DNA of 64,000 bases from assembly GCA_051252375.1 (NCBI GenBank), contig JBPOFY010000007.1, positions 1-64,000 of the forward strand. Reading direction: 5' to 3'. The position numbers and the translations under genes are program-made. Under the pieces are notes generated by a model. The model had not been told where the DNA came from. It saw only the letters and a program-made list of their open reading frames with translations, and made no database searches. The DNA comes from Opitutaceae bacterium (GTDB lineage: Bacteria > Verrucomicrobiota > Verrucomicrobiia > Opitutales > Coraliomargaritaceae). Each line of letters starts with the position of its first letter. Within the stretch, counting starts at the first letter, position 1. This document shows, piece after piece, positions 38,001-47,800 of this stretch.

Positions 38001-38846
38001 GCTTGGAAGCTTATAGCAGTTGCTGGAGCGACAGCGAACTTCACTGGCAGTATCGTAAATGATAATACCAACCATCAGTCCACAATTACCAAGACTGGCG
38101 CGGGCACAGTAAACTTCTCAGCGACCAATACTTATGGAGGATCAACCACTGTCGAAGATGGTGTTCTGGCTGTTACGGGCACTGGTTCGATTAATAATAC
38201 AAGTAGTGTTACCGTGCAGAATGGTGCAACTTTCCAATACGACTCAACTACAGCTTTTACAGCAGCACTTAACTTGGACAGCGGATCGACCCTGACTGGT
38301 AGTGGTGACTTAGGAACAGTTGCACTGACTATTGGTTCGGGGGTCACTCTAGCTCCAGGTAATAGCCCAGGTGAACTGGCTACGGGTTCTCAGACTTGGT
38401 CAGACGGTGGCGACTACAATTGGCAAGTTCTGGATGCATCAGGGGTGGCGGGCACAGGTTATGATACCGCGACAATCACTGGCTCCCTAGACCTTTCCGG
38501 GCTCACAGCTGGTGGTTTCGAGGTTAATATTTGGAGTCTCTCCTCAATCGGTCCAGACGTTAGTGGCGATGCGCTCAATTTTGATGACAGCAGCGACTAT
38601 CAGTGGACGATCGCTTCTACAACAGGAGGTATCACTGGCTTCGATGCAGACAACATCAGTATTGTCTTGTCGCCCAACAATGGAACCGACGGCTTCAGTA
38701 ACTCCTTCACCGGCACTTTCAGTGTAAGTTCCGACGGTAACGACCTCTTTGTTGACTACACTGCGGTTCCCGAACCCACCACTTTCGCACTGCTGGCTGG
38801 TTGCCTTGCTCTGAGTTCGGTCGTGTTGCGTCGACGTAGAGCTTAG
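35016..38846 (+). CDS. PEP-CTERM protein with autotransporter-associated beta-strand repeats
   Basis: Signal peptide. Repeated TKxGxG...NTYxGxT motifs and LAPGNSPG. C-terminal VPEPTTFALLAGCLALSSVVLRRRRA. Confidence 0.92.
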   Translation: MYPINHTLLNASTIAACLLLLPVANAGTITWDSANATSTDWSLGTNWVDDIAPGAGDDLVLIAGGSFDPTNNSGYTAISVNSITLDASSTSNLSLGSDIQVGAGGIHNNRVGSGSLFLSDVNITADSTWGGTRTIFVGGSITGSKMIFDGSGIRFDRNSASWSTGLDVHTSVGMNDFGDDSGVTITPWGTGTITLINQRTDLSTNSDPTLNLAFSANNMDLSTATTFANNIALADPGTGNYTINHSGDSATLAGGHWVKLTGEISGAVDTARTLSFTNTKGSDTPITFILEGANTHTATTTLTGDVTLGLGNVDALQNSTLDTGASDASKAVTFDVAGTNTYNLGGLTGADELDVGANTVSVGDNDLSNTYNGVVSGTGGFTKVGSGTQTFTDAQTYTGATTISEGTLQLGNGGTTGALSTSSAIANDGVFSINRSNAVVQGVDFSGDPITGTGSISNVGSGRLTLDGANTYSGGTNFTGDTLTVASEGALGTGAVVGDTAGGNTAILTFNTTSDATFANDITAGASGSGIVNDSATSVVTLNGNVSFNDGTTFQGFQGTGVDNAGFVIGGNVSSTTRLTLKDTNLTLASTGTVGPTFGGRITLGDVGGSGSAVYVADGADFTLRIQDSQNTAISNDAMTFIVGMNTAGTGTFSSSDSVNLLANGSSVANDWEFLAVTGATANFTGKIISNNANANAADVTVTKTGDGTVVFAQDNTYIGDTIISAGTLQIGNGGSAGSLSADSTITNNGTLIFNTTSSLVQGTDFSTAPITGTGSLSIVGGDMTLNAANTYAGGTSIDGGTLTAAAEGAFGNGAITGTSNSVLTFNTASDATFNNDITFVTPSDTGLVNNSTTSTVTLGGTVELTGAFATLVGTGVNNAGFVLADGAVLKAGAGSRLGLKDTSLTIQAGGAVDYSATGFQRLTLGEAGGSGAAVYLEDGADLDMVIYDTNNGNVTSDTMEFIVGMQSAGTATFSGLGGEAVDLNHRNNAGSLANAWKLIAVAGATANFTGSIVNDNTNHQSTITKTGAGTVNFSATNTYGGSTTVEDGVLAVTGTGSINNTSSVTVQNGATFQYDSTTAFTAALNLDSGSTLTGSGDLGTVALTIGSGVTLAPGNSPGELATGSQTWSDGGDYNWQVLDASGVAGTGYDTATITGSLDLSGLTAGGFEVNIWSLSSIGPDVSGDALNFDDSSDYQWTIASTTGGITGFDADNISIVLSPNNGTDGFSNSFTGTFSVSSDGNDLFVDYTAVPEPTTFALLAGCLALSSVVLRRRRA

Positions 38847-38873
38847 TCGCGAGCGTTCTAGCTTAATTTCAAC

Positions 38874-38905
38874 AAAGCCCAGCGAGTTCGTTCGCTGGGC
38901 TTTTT
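38874..38905 (+). terminator. Rho-independent terminator
   Basis: AAAGCCCAGCGA / TCGCTGGGC followed by TTTTT. Confidence 0.88.
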
Positions 38906-39055
38906 CATTCTAAACCTATGGGAAACAGTGATTACGCGACATGTGCTCGGCAAATCTCTTAGCATATCTTAACATCTAGATGCTTGTATAATTTTGGTGC
39001 TTTGAAAGCATAGCAACGAAAGCCAACAGGATGGTTTTAACCACTTTACTCCAAC

Positions 39056-40081
39056 ATGAATAAAAATACGTCATACTTAAGTTTCGGTATTCTGCTCGGT
39101 GTCGTTGCCGCCTCTTTAGCCTTTGCCTTTTTTGATTCCGGTAACAACTCAGGCGGAGTCTCGGTCCGTCAATTGAACGTGGCACACGGCTTGCCGACAA
39201 CACACCCGGTTCATGCGGGGATCGAGCATATGGCAGAGCGGGTTGCTGTGCTGTCCGGTGGTCGGCTGCAGCTAGAGGTTTTCCCAAATGGTCAGCTCGG
39301 CAGTGAGACGCAGACGATGGAGCAACTTCAGGCGGGCACCCTCGATATTGCGAAAGGCAGCTCTGCTCCGATCAGTAATTTCGTTTCGATCTGCAAAGTG
39401 TTTAGCCTGCCATATCTGTTTCGTGACGAAGATCACTTTTGGTCGGTGCTCAATGGCGAGATCGGTCGTGGTATTTTGGATACGCTGGCGACCAACGATG
39501 CTGGGCGTCCGAGTGGGCTGCATGGTTTAACTTACTACGATGCGGGTAGTCGCAATTTTTACGCAGAAGTGCCGATCATGTCACCGAAAGATTTAGTCGG
39601 CCTAAAGATTCGGGTGCAGAATGACCCGGTTGCAATGGACATGGTCGAAGCGATGGGCGGCGCACCGACTCCAGTCGCATGGGGCGAGCTCTACACTGCA
39701 TTACAACAAGGTGTTGTTGACGGCGCGGAAAATAATCCACCGAGCTTTGTATCTTCGCAGCACTTCGAGGTCTGCAAGGAGTTTTCATTCGATCATCATG
39801 CGCGTGTGCCGGATATATTGCTGATTGCTTCGAAGACTTGGGATAGCCTGAGCGAAGAGGAACAGGCTTGGCTCACACAAGCCGCTGCCGAGTCGAGTGA
39901 GTTTCAACGGGCTGCTTGGGCGGCAGGTGTCGCGGAGGCGATGGAGCTAATGAAAGCCAAAGGAGTGACCGTGCATCACCCAGCGATTGAGCCATTCATG
40001 AAGTCCACCGAGTCAGTGCGTGATAAGTATGCCACAGGTGAATTGAAGGATTTAGTGAAACAGATCGGGGAGGTTGAATAA
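39056..40081 (+). CDS. dctP: TRAP transporter substrate-binding protein
   Basis: EVFPNGQLGSE, SLPYLFRD, GLKIRVQ, ELYTALQQGVVDGAENN. Confidence 0.95.
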   Translation: MNKNTSYLSFGILLGVVAASLAFAFFDSGNNSGGVSVRQLNVAHGLPTTHPVHAGIEHMAERVAVLSGGRLQLEVFPNGQLGSETQTMEQLQAGTLDIAKGSSAPISNFVSICKVFSLPYLFRDEDHFWSVLNGEIGRGILDTLATNDAGRPSGLHGLTYYDAGSRNFYAEVPIMSPKDLVGLKIRVQNDPVAMDMVEAMGGAPTPVAWGELYTALQQGVVDGAENNPPSFVSSQHFEVCKEFSFDHHARVPDILLIASKTWDSLSEEEQAWLTQAAAESSEFQRAAWAAGVAEAMELMKAKGVTVHHPAIEPFMKSTESVRDKYATGELKDLVKQIGEVE

Positions 40082-40572
40082 TGCTGCGTTCATTTAATCA
40101 ACAGGCCTCGAAGGCGCTAAACGGGCTGCTCATCGTTGTTTTTGTGTTACTGGTCATAGATGTCTTGTGGGGCGTCGGCTCTCGTTATGTCCTCGGCAAT
40201 CAAGCTCGTTGGTCGGAAGAGCTCGCGCGCTTACTCATGGTATGGCTTGCACTTCTGGGTGCCGCCTTGGCGACTCGCGAAGGTCAACACCTCGGGCTCG
40301 ATGTCGTCGTGCGACAGTGGTCACCAGAGGTGCAGCGATTAGCTTCGATGTTAGTCCACTGCTTAGTTGCGATCTTTGCGCTCGTCATCATGGCATGGGG
40401 CGGCGGGCAGCTTGTCGCGGATCGTTTTGAATCGGGACAAATGCTACCAGCACTCAATATTTCACGCGCTTGGTTCTACCTCGCGCTGCCAGTGAGTGGT
40501 GCCTTGATCGCGCTCTTTAGTTTGGAAAACCTGATCTCAGAAATTAAGCAAGAGAAGGAGGTCGCACAATGA
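40081..40572 (+). CDS. dctQ: TRAP transporter small permease
   Basis: Four hydrophobic segments. WSEELARLLMVW, HLGLD. Confidence 0.93.
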   Translation: MLRSFNQQASKALNGLLIVVFVLLVIDVLWGVGSRYVLGNQARWSEELARLLMVWLALLGAALATREGQHLGLDVVVRQWSPEVQRLASMLVHCLVAIFALVIMAWGGGQLVADRFESGQMLPALNISRAWFYLALPVSGALIALFSLENLISEIKQEKEVAQ

Positions 40573-41870
40573 GCCAGGAACTAGCCATCTTGATCGTGCT
40601 CTTTGTTGCTTTGCTCTGTTTACGTGTGCCCATTGCTTTCGTGCTAGGTATGGTAACTGTCGTGACTGCGGTCGCATTGGATTATGACAATATCCCGCTA
40701 TCGGCCGCCAGTGATTTAAGCAACGGCATCGATAGTTTCTCGCTGCTAGCGATTCCATTTTTCATTCTAGCTGGAGAGCTGATGGGGAGTGGCGGACTGG
40801 CTAGACGTTTGATTGATTTAGCGACTGCAATCGTAGGACGCCTTCCAGGCGGTTTGGCCGCGGTGAATACTGTGACCTGTATGCTGTTTGGAGCGATCAG
40901 TGGTTCTTCGGTGGCGGCGGTTTCCAGTATTGGTGGCACTTTGATTCCGGAGATGAATCGCAAGGGCTACGACCGCGATTTCAATATCGCGGTGACAGCG
41001 AGTGCTGCAACCACCGGTCTCCTGATTCCGCCGAGTAACATCATGATCGTTTACGCGCTGGTCGCTGGAAACGTTTCGGTCGCGGCACTCTTTATGGCAG
41101 GTATTCTACCCGGAGTCTTAGTTGGGCTCGGCATCATGATTGTAGCTTTGGTGATCTGCGTGAAGCGTGGTTACGGGAAACAAGGGGAGAGTGTATTGGA
41201 AAGTTATCCGTCATTGTTTTCGTCGATGTGGCGTGCGTTTCCAGCGCTGCTACTTGTTTTCATTGTGCTGGGCGGCATACTGAGTGGGACATTCACTGCA
41301 ACCGAGGCATCCGCCATCGCGGTGCTTTGGGCCTTCATCTTGGGAGTGATCTGCTACCGGGAGATTACGTTTGCGGAGCTTTCTGGCATTATTCTACGTG
41401 CCGCGCGCACCACCGCAGTGGTGCTGTTCTTGGTCGCCTGCAGTTATGCTATGAGCCGTCTGCTTACCCAGGAGCAAGTGCCGCAACAAGTCAGCGAAGG
41501 TCTGCTCAGTTTGTCTCAAAACCCGATCGTGATTCTACTGATCATGAATCTGATATTGCTGATGGTCGGCGTGTTCATGGACATGACTCCAGCGGTGTTA
41601 ATCTTCACTCCGATCTTTCTGCCAATTGCGATCACACTAGGTATCGACCCAACACACTTTGGTATTATTTTGATCGCCAATCTCTGCATCGGATTACTCA
41701 CGCCACCAGTGGGCACCTGCCTCTTTGTCGGTGCCGGGGTGGGGAAGAGCGACATTATGAGCGTCTCGAAAGCGATGTTGCCTTTCTACGTAGTGATGGT
41801 GCTGGCCTTGCTCGTAATTACCTATTGGTCGCCACTCAGTATGACTTTGCCTAGAATGCTAGGGCTTTAG
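40569..41870 (+). CDS. dctM: TRAP transporter large permease
   Basis: LLAIPFFILAGELM, GAISGSS, LIPPS, FTATEA, TPPVG. Confidence 0.96.
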   Translation: MSQELAILIVLFVALLCLRVPIAFVLGMVTVVTAVALDYDNIPLSAASDLSNGIDSFSLLAIPFFILAGELMGSGGLARRLIDLATAIVGRLPGGLAAVNTVTCMLFGAISGSSVAAVSSIGGTLIPEMNRKGYDRDFNIAVTASAATTGLLIPPSNIMIVYALVAGNVSVAALFMAGILPGVLVGLGIMIVALVICVKRGYGKQGESVLESYPSLFSSMWRAFPALLLVFIVLGGILSGTFTATEASAIAVLWAFILGVICYREITFAELSGIILRAARTTAVVLFLVACSYAMSRLLTQEQVPQQVSEGLLSLSQNPIVILLIMNLILLMVGVFMDMTPAVLIFTPIFLPIAITLGIDPTHFGIILIANLCIGLLTPPVGTCLFVGAGVGKSDIMSVSKAMLPFYVVMVLALLVITYWSPLSMTLPRMLGL

Positions 41871-41892
41871 TTTTTCTAGAGCTAGGTACTGG

Positions 41893-42561
41893 CTAGTTGT
41901 TGTTCGAATCGAGTAGTCCCGATTTGAAGGCCTTCGTCACCGCTGCAGGTGCATTCTGCACGTCGAGTTTTCCGTAAATGTTCTTTACGTATTCGGCAAC
42001 AGTATGCGCGGAAATGTCTAGCTTTTCGGCGATCTCTTTCTTGACCAGCCCCAAACTCAGTAGCTGCAATATGTCTAACTCGCGAGGGGTGAGTTTAATG
42101 TCAAATTCCGGCTTCGGCTGTTTTTTGTTCAGCGCCATGACCAAATATTTAGCGACATTCGCGTCCAGTGCAGCCCCGCCATTAAAGACCGCCTGAATAC
42201 TCTCAGTAATTTCCTTAATAGAGGATGATTTTAGAAGATAGCCTGCTGCGCCGGCTTGAATGGCTTTGATCACATCCGCTTCCATTTGGGATTGGGTGAG
42301 CATAATTATTTTTGCTTTTGGTGCGCATTGCTGAATGAGTGAGACTGCATCGACTCCATTCATACCAGGTAGTCTAATATCAAGTAGTATAACATCCACA
42401 CCTTCAGATATTGAGGGTTGGCGGAGTGAGTGCAGCGCTATCTCAGCCGCGCCAAACTGGGCGACTAGTTCCATGCCGACCTCTTCTGAGATCGCTAGTT
42501 CGATCACCTCGCGGTATTGTGGATTGTCTTCCACCAACATGACTCGGATTGATATATTCAT
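41893..42561 (-). CDS. NarL/FixJ family response regulator (RR2)
   Basis: VEDN, DVILLDIRLPGMNG, GAAGYLLKSS, LTPRELDIL. Paralog of RR1. Confidence 0.96.
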   Translation of the reverse strand: MNISIRVMLVEDNPQYREVIELAISEEVGMELVAQFGAAEIALHSLRQPSISEGVDVILLDIRLPGMNGVDAVSLIQQCAPKAKIIMLTQSQMEADVIKAIQAGAAGYLLKSSSIKEITESIQAVFNGGAALDANVAKYLVMALNKKQPKPEFDIKLTPRELDILQLLSLGLVKKEIAEKLDISAHTVAEYVKNIYGKLDVQNAPAAVTKAFKSGLLDSNNN

Positions 42562-42568
42562 TATATTA

Positions 42569-44626
42569 TTATTTTCGTAAAAATGCTCTGCGCAACCGAC
42601 TTCGTCTGCGTAGTTTTATAGTGATTTTTGTGCCGCCTCCTTCCGGGCGTGCCACATGTATTTTTGCTCGTAAGAGCTTTGCCCTACGTTCAAGTGAAGG
42701 AGGTGGCTTGTTTTGCGTGTCGTTAGGTAGACCCTTGCCGTTATCTTCGACGATGAGTTGAATGTTTTTCTGACTCGCAGTCAAGAATGTGCCCACCTTG
42801 GTCGCATCCGAGTGACGGCAAATATTGATCAGGCATTCTTGATACAGTAGCACTAGATCGTTATGGCGCAGTGGGCTTAATTGGCGGAGGTGTTCTTCGC
42901 CGACCACGTCAAACTCGTAGTCTAGACCAATCAAAATTCTCTCTGCAGTTCGTTTGAGTTCGTCCGGAAGGAATCTGTAAAGTTCGCTAGAAGTTTGAAT
43001 GTCCGTAACGTGACGTATGGTGCGATTCGTGCGCTCGGCGACTGATTGAATCCGTCCAGTTAGCTGGTTGATTTCGTCTGGGAGTTGCGCGGAACGCTTA
43101 GAAATGAGCTGGGAGGTTAGGTTGATCGTATGTAAGTTTGCACCGATCTCGTCGTGTAGATCTGCGGCGAATCGTTGCTTCACGTTGGCCAATTGACGTC
43201 GATGAATCTTACGCTCGACGTAAACGATGATGAAGATGCCAACTGTGAGTATGACAGCTAACCATATGAGCCATCGGAGTGTTTGTTTTTGCTTGGCATA
43301 TCGAAGTGCTAGTTCGGCTGTCACGAGTTCGCGTTCAAACTCCAAGTCATGGCGTTCCGATAATTGGGACATCCACTCGCGAATCGATAATATGGCACCG
43401 TAGAAGTTGCGCCCATCAGTGAGTACTCCCATTTCGCGCCCGGAGACGATATTTAGCCCAGTGAATGGCTTATTGATGGCAACATTCTCTCCCATCGAGA
43501 ACAACTCGATTTCGGCAAACCCAATCCAGAATAGATCTTGAGTATTGATTGCAATCGAGCCGTCCGGCTTTCCAGTTTGGGTGCTGGCACTCAATGGGCT
43601 GTTCAAACGGGGGATCTCGGAAACTGGATCCATACCCACGATACGGACATAACGACAAATTGTTTCAGGAAGCGACCACATCATAATAGGACCGTTTTCG
43701 TTTAGATTTTTTCGCTCGGCTTCGAGTAGTAATACGGCATCGGAAAAATCAGCCCGATTGGCACCTTCAATTTTTATATAATCAGGCATGCCGTAATCTC
43801 CAGCCAGAGCTGTTGGCACAGTGTCGCTGGTTTCCATCGCGTGAAAGTGGACTCGTGATAGTGGATACGAACCTTCCAAATCAATGATAAGGGCAGGGGG
43901 GGCAGTATATTTTCCGAGGTAGGCGTTACTTTGTTTACCTTGAGCAGCATCCATCAGAAAAGGGGTGTGCCCATCGGTCAGGTATTCTTTGCTCCAGGCT
44001 TCGTAGTTATCGCTTGAGTCAGAGGATGCTAAGACGCGCTGATGTAGCGCAACGTTTACATTGCCACTAAAAACCATCACCTCTGAAAGTTGCAGGCAAA
44101 ACTTACCGTCAAAGTCTCTGCGTGACATTTGCGTTGCCTCAATTTGTATCCAAGACGCAGAGGTCGGTTGTATTTTCAGTGCCAGTGGTGCAATTCTCGG
44201 GAGCATGCTTGAATCCGCATGGAAGGTGCCTACCAGTCGCCCCTGACGGTCATCATCTGTCCCCGCCCAGATGCGTAGCGCTTGTGGGAAAGCATCCGCA
44301 TGGAAGTCGGATTGCGCACTGCGGCTCAGCGCAGGAACCAGAATGACCTCATCAATTACGCGAGCTTCTTCAAGTTGGATTTCGACCCATTCTTGGGTGT
44401 CCGCGCCTGAATTGAAGCTCATCGATCGATAGCCGATCGAACCGCTACCGCTACGCAGACTTAAATGGGCCACTTCGTTCAGCCTAGATCCAATATCAGA
44501 GAGACGCTGCTCCAACTGCTCTAAGCTGTGTTCTTCGACTTTCACTCCTGCGCCATACAACCCTGTTGCGCTAGAGATGAACCCTGCGGTCAGAATCGGC
44601 AGTAGGGTGGTCAGTAGTTTTCGCAT
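42569..44626 (-). CDS. HisKA_3 sensor histidine kinase with periplasmic discoidin-like domains (HK2)
   Basis: Likely start at 44626 (MRKLLTTLL); alternative 44659. RFAADLHDEIG, NICRHSDAT, DNGKG. Paralog of HK1. Confidence 0.92.
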   Translation of the reverse strand: MRKLLTTLLPILTAGFISSATGLYGAGVKVEEHSLEQLEQRLSDIGSRLNEVAHLSLRSGSGSIGYRSMSFNSGADTQEWVEIQLEEARVIDEVILVPALSRSAQSDFHADAFPQALRIWAGTDDDRQGRLVGTFHADSSMLPRIAPLALKIQPTSASWIQIEATQMSRRDFDGKFCLQLSEVMVFSGNVNVALHQRVLASSDSSDNYEAWSKEYLTDGHTPFLMDAAQGKQSNAYLGKYTAPPALIIDLEGSYPLSRVHFHAMETSDTVPTALAGDYGMPDYIKIEGANRADFSDAVLLLEAERKNLNENGPIMMWSLPETICRYVRIVGMDPVSEIPRLNSPLSASTQTGKPDGSIAINTQDLFWIGFAEIELFSMGENVAINKPFTGLNIVSGREMGVLTDGRNFYGAILSIREWMSQLSERHDLEFERELVTAELALRYAKQKQTLRWLIWLAVILTVGIFIIVYVERKIHRRQLANVKQRFAADLHDEIGANLHTINLTSQLISKRSAQLPDEINQLTGRIQSVAERTNRTIRHVTDIQTSSELYRFLPDELKRTAERILIGLDYEFDVVGEEHLRQLSPLRHNDLVLLYQECLINICRHSDATKVGTFLTASQKNIQLIVEDNGKGLPNDTQNKPPPSLERRAKLLRAKIHVARPEGGGTKITIKLRRRSRLRRAFLRK

Positions 44627-44729
44627 TATAAATAGGTGAATGCCTTGGAGTATGATCATCTAGAACAGTGAAAGTTTACAAAGTTGATGTGGCGTCAATC
44701 TTAGGGCAACCCTGTAGATGGATTCCTGC

Positions 44730-44776
44730 CCCCCTCATTTAGGGGGATAGGCAGCTAGGGCGATTTTTGATAGTAT
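44730..44776 (+). promoter_or_regulatory. Palindromic box (family A) plus extended -10
   Basis: CCCCCT-CATTT-AGGGGG at 44730-44746 and TGA-TAGTAT with the hexamer at 44771. Confidence 0.75.
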
Positions 44777-44827
44777 GAGTGGTTCATAATTTCCGAGATC
44801 TAGAAACCTGCTCCAGATAACTATTCC

Positions 44828-47800
44828 ATGAAGAAAATACACCTACTATATTTGTTGGCTCTTGTAGCCACTTCTACCCTTGGCTTCGGTCAGACTACTT
44901 ACACTTGGACTGGCGCCGTTGACGGCGAATGGACCACCGCTGGAAACTGGGATGCGAATGGCATTCCAGAAGATAATTATCCCGATGTCGCGGATCCAGA
45001 TTCCCTGGGACTCACCATGCCTGTGGGCAGCAAGATTGTCTTTAATGCGGCGACCGTGCCGACTTCTGGAATCCCAAAATTGGGAGGAGATTTGACCTTG
45101 AGCCGTGATACACCGAGGATCGAGCTTCTTCAGGGGGGAGCCATTGATTTTGTCGAGTACGCTGGTCGAGACGGTAGTATTTGGATCAACCCCGATAGTG
45201 CAGATCCTACAATGTTACTAGTGGGTGATGGCGTCGGTGGGGCGGGCGAAGTCGAATTATCGATCGGCTCTAAGGTGGCCAACCTCCAGCTGGCTCGTCA
45301 CAATAATAATATTTTCAGTTTCGTCGTCAATTCCGACGGCATCTTGAACTTCACTAGTGCCTCAGTTGACTACGGAGCGAATGCAGCCCGAGCGGCTAAG
45401 GTCACGATCGCTGGCGGTGAGGTGAATTTCAGTGGTGTGATTCAGGACATGACGGGCAATTCGAGTGCGGTGGTCGATTTCACAGCTATTGGAGGGGAGC
45501 TCACTGCAAGTTTCGGTGGAAATTTTGCAAATATCGCGGCCGTCCAAGCGAGCATCGGCGTCGATTTTATCGAATCGTATGGCGGGTCACTCCTTGCGGT
45601 CGACAACCTGGACGGCACCTTCACTGTGAGCGCGATTGCGTTACAGAATCCCATTAAATGGACTGGCACAGGTGGAGCCACTTGGGATCAATCGACCACT
45701 ACAAATTTTAGCACCAATGCAGCTGGCGGAACATTGACGGAGGATACATTCGCCAACGCCCTTGCTGGCAGCACCGAAATCGTGACTTTCGCGGATGAAT
45801 ACGAGCATGACACTGGCCCGACTGCAGTGACCCAGACCACGGTGAGCATCGATGCCGCTGGTGTCTCTGCTCCGGTCAATGGTATTGAATTTACCAACAA
45901 CAGCATCAGCTACGATGTCGGCACTGCCGGAACAACCGGAATCACTGGAGCTACCTCAGTCGCTATCAGTGGTGGCGGAACGGTGACTCTCTCGGGGCCC
46001 AACACCCATACCTCGCCCACGACGGTCACTGGCAGCAGCACACTAATCCTCTCCGACGAGCTGGCTTTGCAGAACTCGACCTTGAATACGGATATCGCTC
46101 CGGAATTCGACCAGTCGGTTGGCGGCAATGCCTTCACCCTTGGTGGACTCGATTCGAGCGCTAACATCGCTCTGGAAAACAACGCTGGCTCGCCCGCGGC
46201 TATCCTACTCACCGTCGGCAACAACGATTCGACCTCAACCTATTCGGGTATTCTGAGTGGAGCGGGCGGCCTCACGAAGGTCGGCACCGGCACCTTTAGT
46301 CTGAATGGACCGAATGGTGCCGCAAATTCGACCGTAGTCACTAACACCTATACGGGTGATACGATCATCAAGGAGGGGACCCTCATTGCTGGTCCAGGTA
46401 ATGGTGACATTGGCTTCAGTGCTGCGACTCAAGTCTATATTGGCGATACCAGCGGTGCTGCCGATGCCACTTTACAGTTCGACCAAAGTTCCTCCACTCT
46501 CTACCCGGACACGATCAACTACACCGTGCGAAGTGGTAACACTGGAACTATGAGCATCCGTGGTAGCGGCTTCCCTCAACTGATGGGTACCTTGACCTTG
46601 GGTAGCACTGGCTCTGACGGCAAGGGCGTCACGATGTCTATGGTTGGAAGTAATAACTGGAATCTAAGATTCCAGGGAGTCATTCAAGACCCATCGGGCA
46701 TGACGCCTGGCACTGGCGGTACCATCACCATCAACAGTGCGGCTGGTCGGTTTGTTTCGTTTGAGGCTGCCAATACCTACTCGGGTGACACCGTTGTAGA
46801 GTCTGGTAATTTCAGGACTATCAATGGTGGATCCTTGAGCTTCTATCCGACTACCAACACAAATACGAACCAGCTCAAGGGCGCCGCACCAAGCACAGGT
46901 GTTGTTACCTTGGATGGACCGATCACCATAGACCTCAGCAGTGCGGATACGACTGTAGGCAATACATGGCAACTGGTGAATGAAACTGATCTTGGTTCGG
47001 TGACCTATGGCGCGAACTTTGCGGTTAATAGCAAAAACTTAGGAGCCTTCACCGAGGTGAGTACGGGCGTCTGGTCTCTGACTGATGGCGCTGCTGACTG
47101 GATTTTCGAGGAAAGTACTGGCGTCCTTGTCCGTGGGGCTCCTACGAGCTATTGGACTGGCGATACTAACGGCACTTGGGATGCAGATAGCACAGCAAAC
47201 TTCTCTGACAACGCGCCTGCCGCCGCCCTCAATAGTGTGACCTTCGACGTCGCTACGGCCATTAATTCTTCCGTCACCTTCGCGGACACTTACTTCGACA
47301 GCGGCGCACCAATCGATGTCACTGAAGACAATGTGACGATCGCGGCAGGCGGTGTTTCCACTGGCACAGTGGTGTTCGAGAATACTACCGGTAATCTGAA
47401 TAGCGTCAGCTACAACATCGACGGTGCCGACGCAAATGGCATCACTGGATCTACAGCTGTGACTATCAGTGGTGGTGGAACGGTCACTCTCTCGAGCCCC
47501 AACACTCATAGCGGAATAACCACAGTCACAAGCGGTAGCCTGATCCTTGCGGACGAGCTAGCCTTGCAGAACTCGACGCTGAATACGGATACCACTTCGG
47601 TCTTCGACGAATCAGTTGGCGGCAATGCCTTCACTCTCGGTGGACTTGCTGGGACAGGGGGCGTCGCTCTGGAAAATAACGCGGGCTCACCTGCGAGTAT
47701 CCAACTCACCGTCGGCAACAACGATTCCAACACAGCCTATTCGGGAATCTTGAGCGGAGCAGGCAGTTTGATAAAGGTTGGCACTGGATCTTCTACTTTG

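Noticed and set aside
38931..38992. Possible family B half-site (TACGCG) upstream of the TRAP operon
   Set aside because: The second arm is missing and the spacing to TATAAT at 38987 does not match.
41228..41854. 208-aa alternative-frame ORF in dctM
   Set aside because: Cys/His/Arg-rich off-frame composition with no motifs, and dctM is intact.
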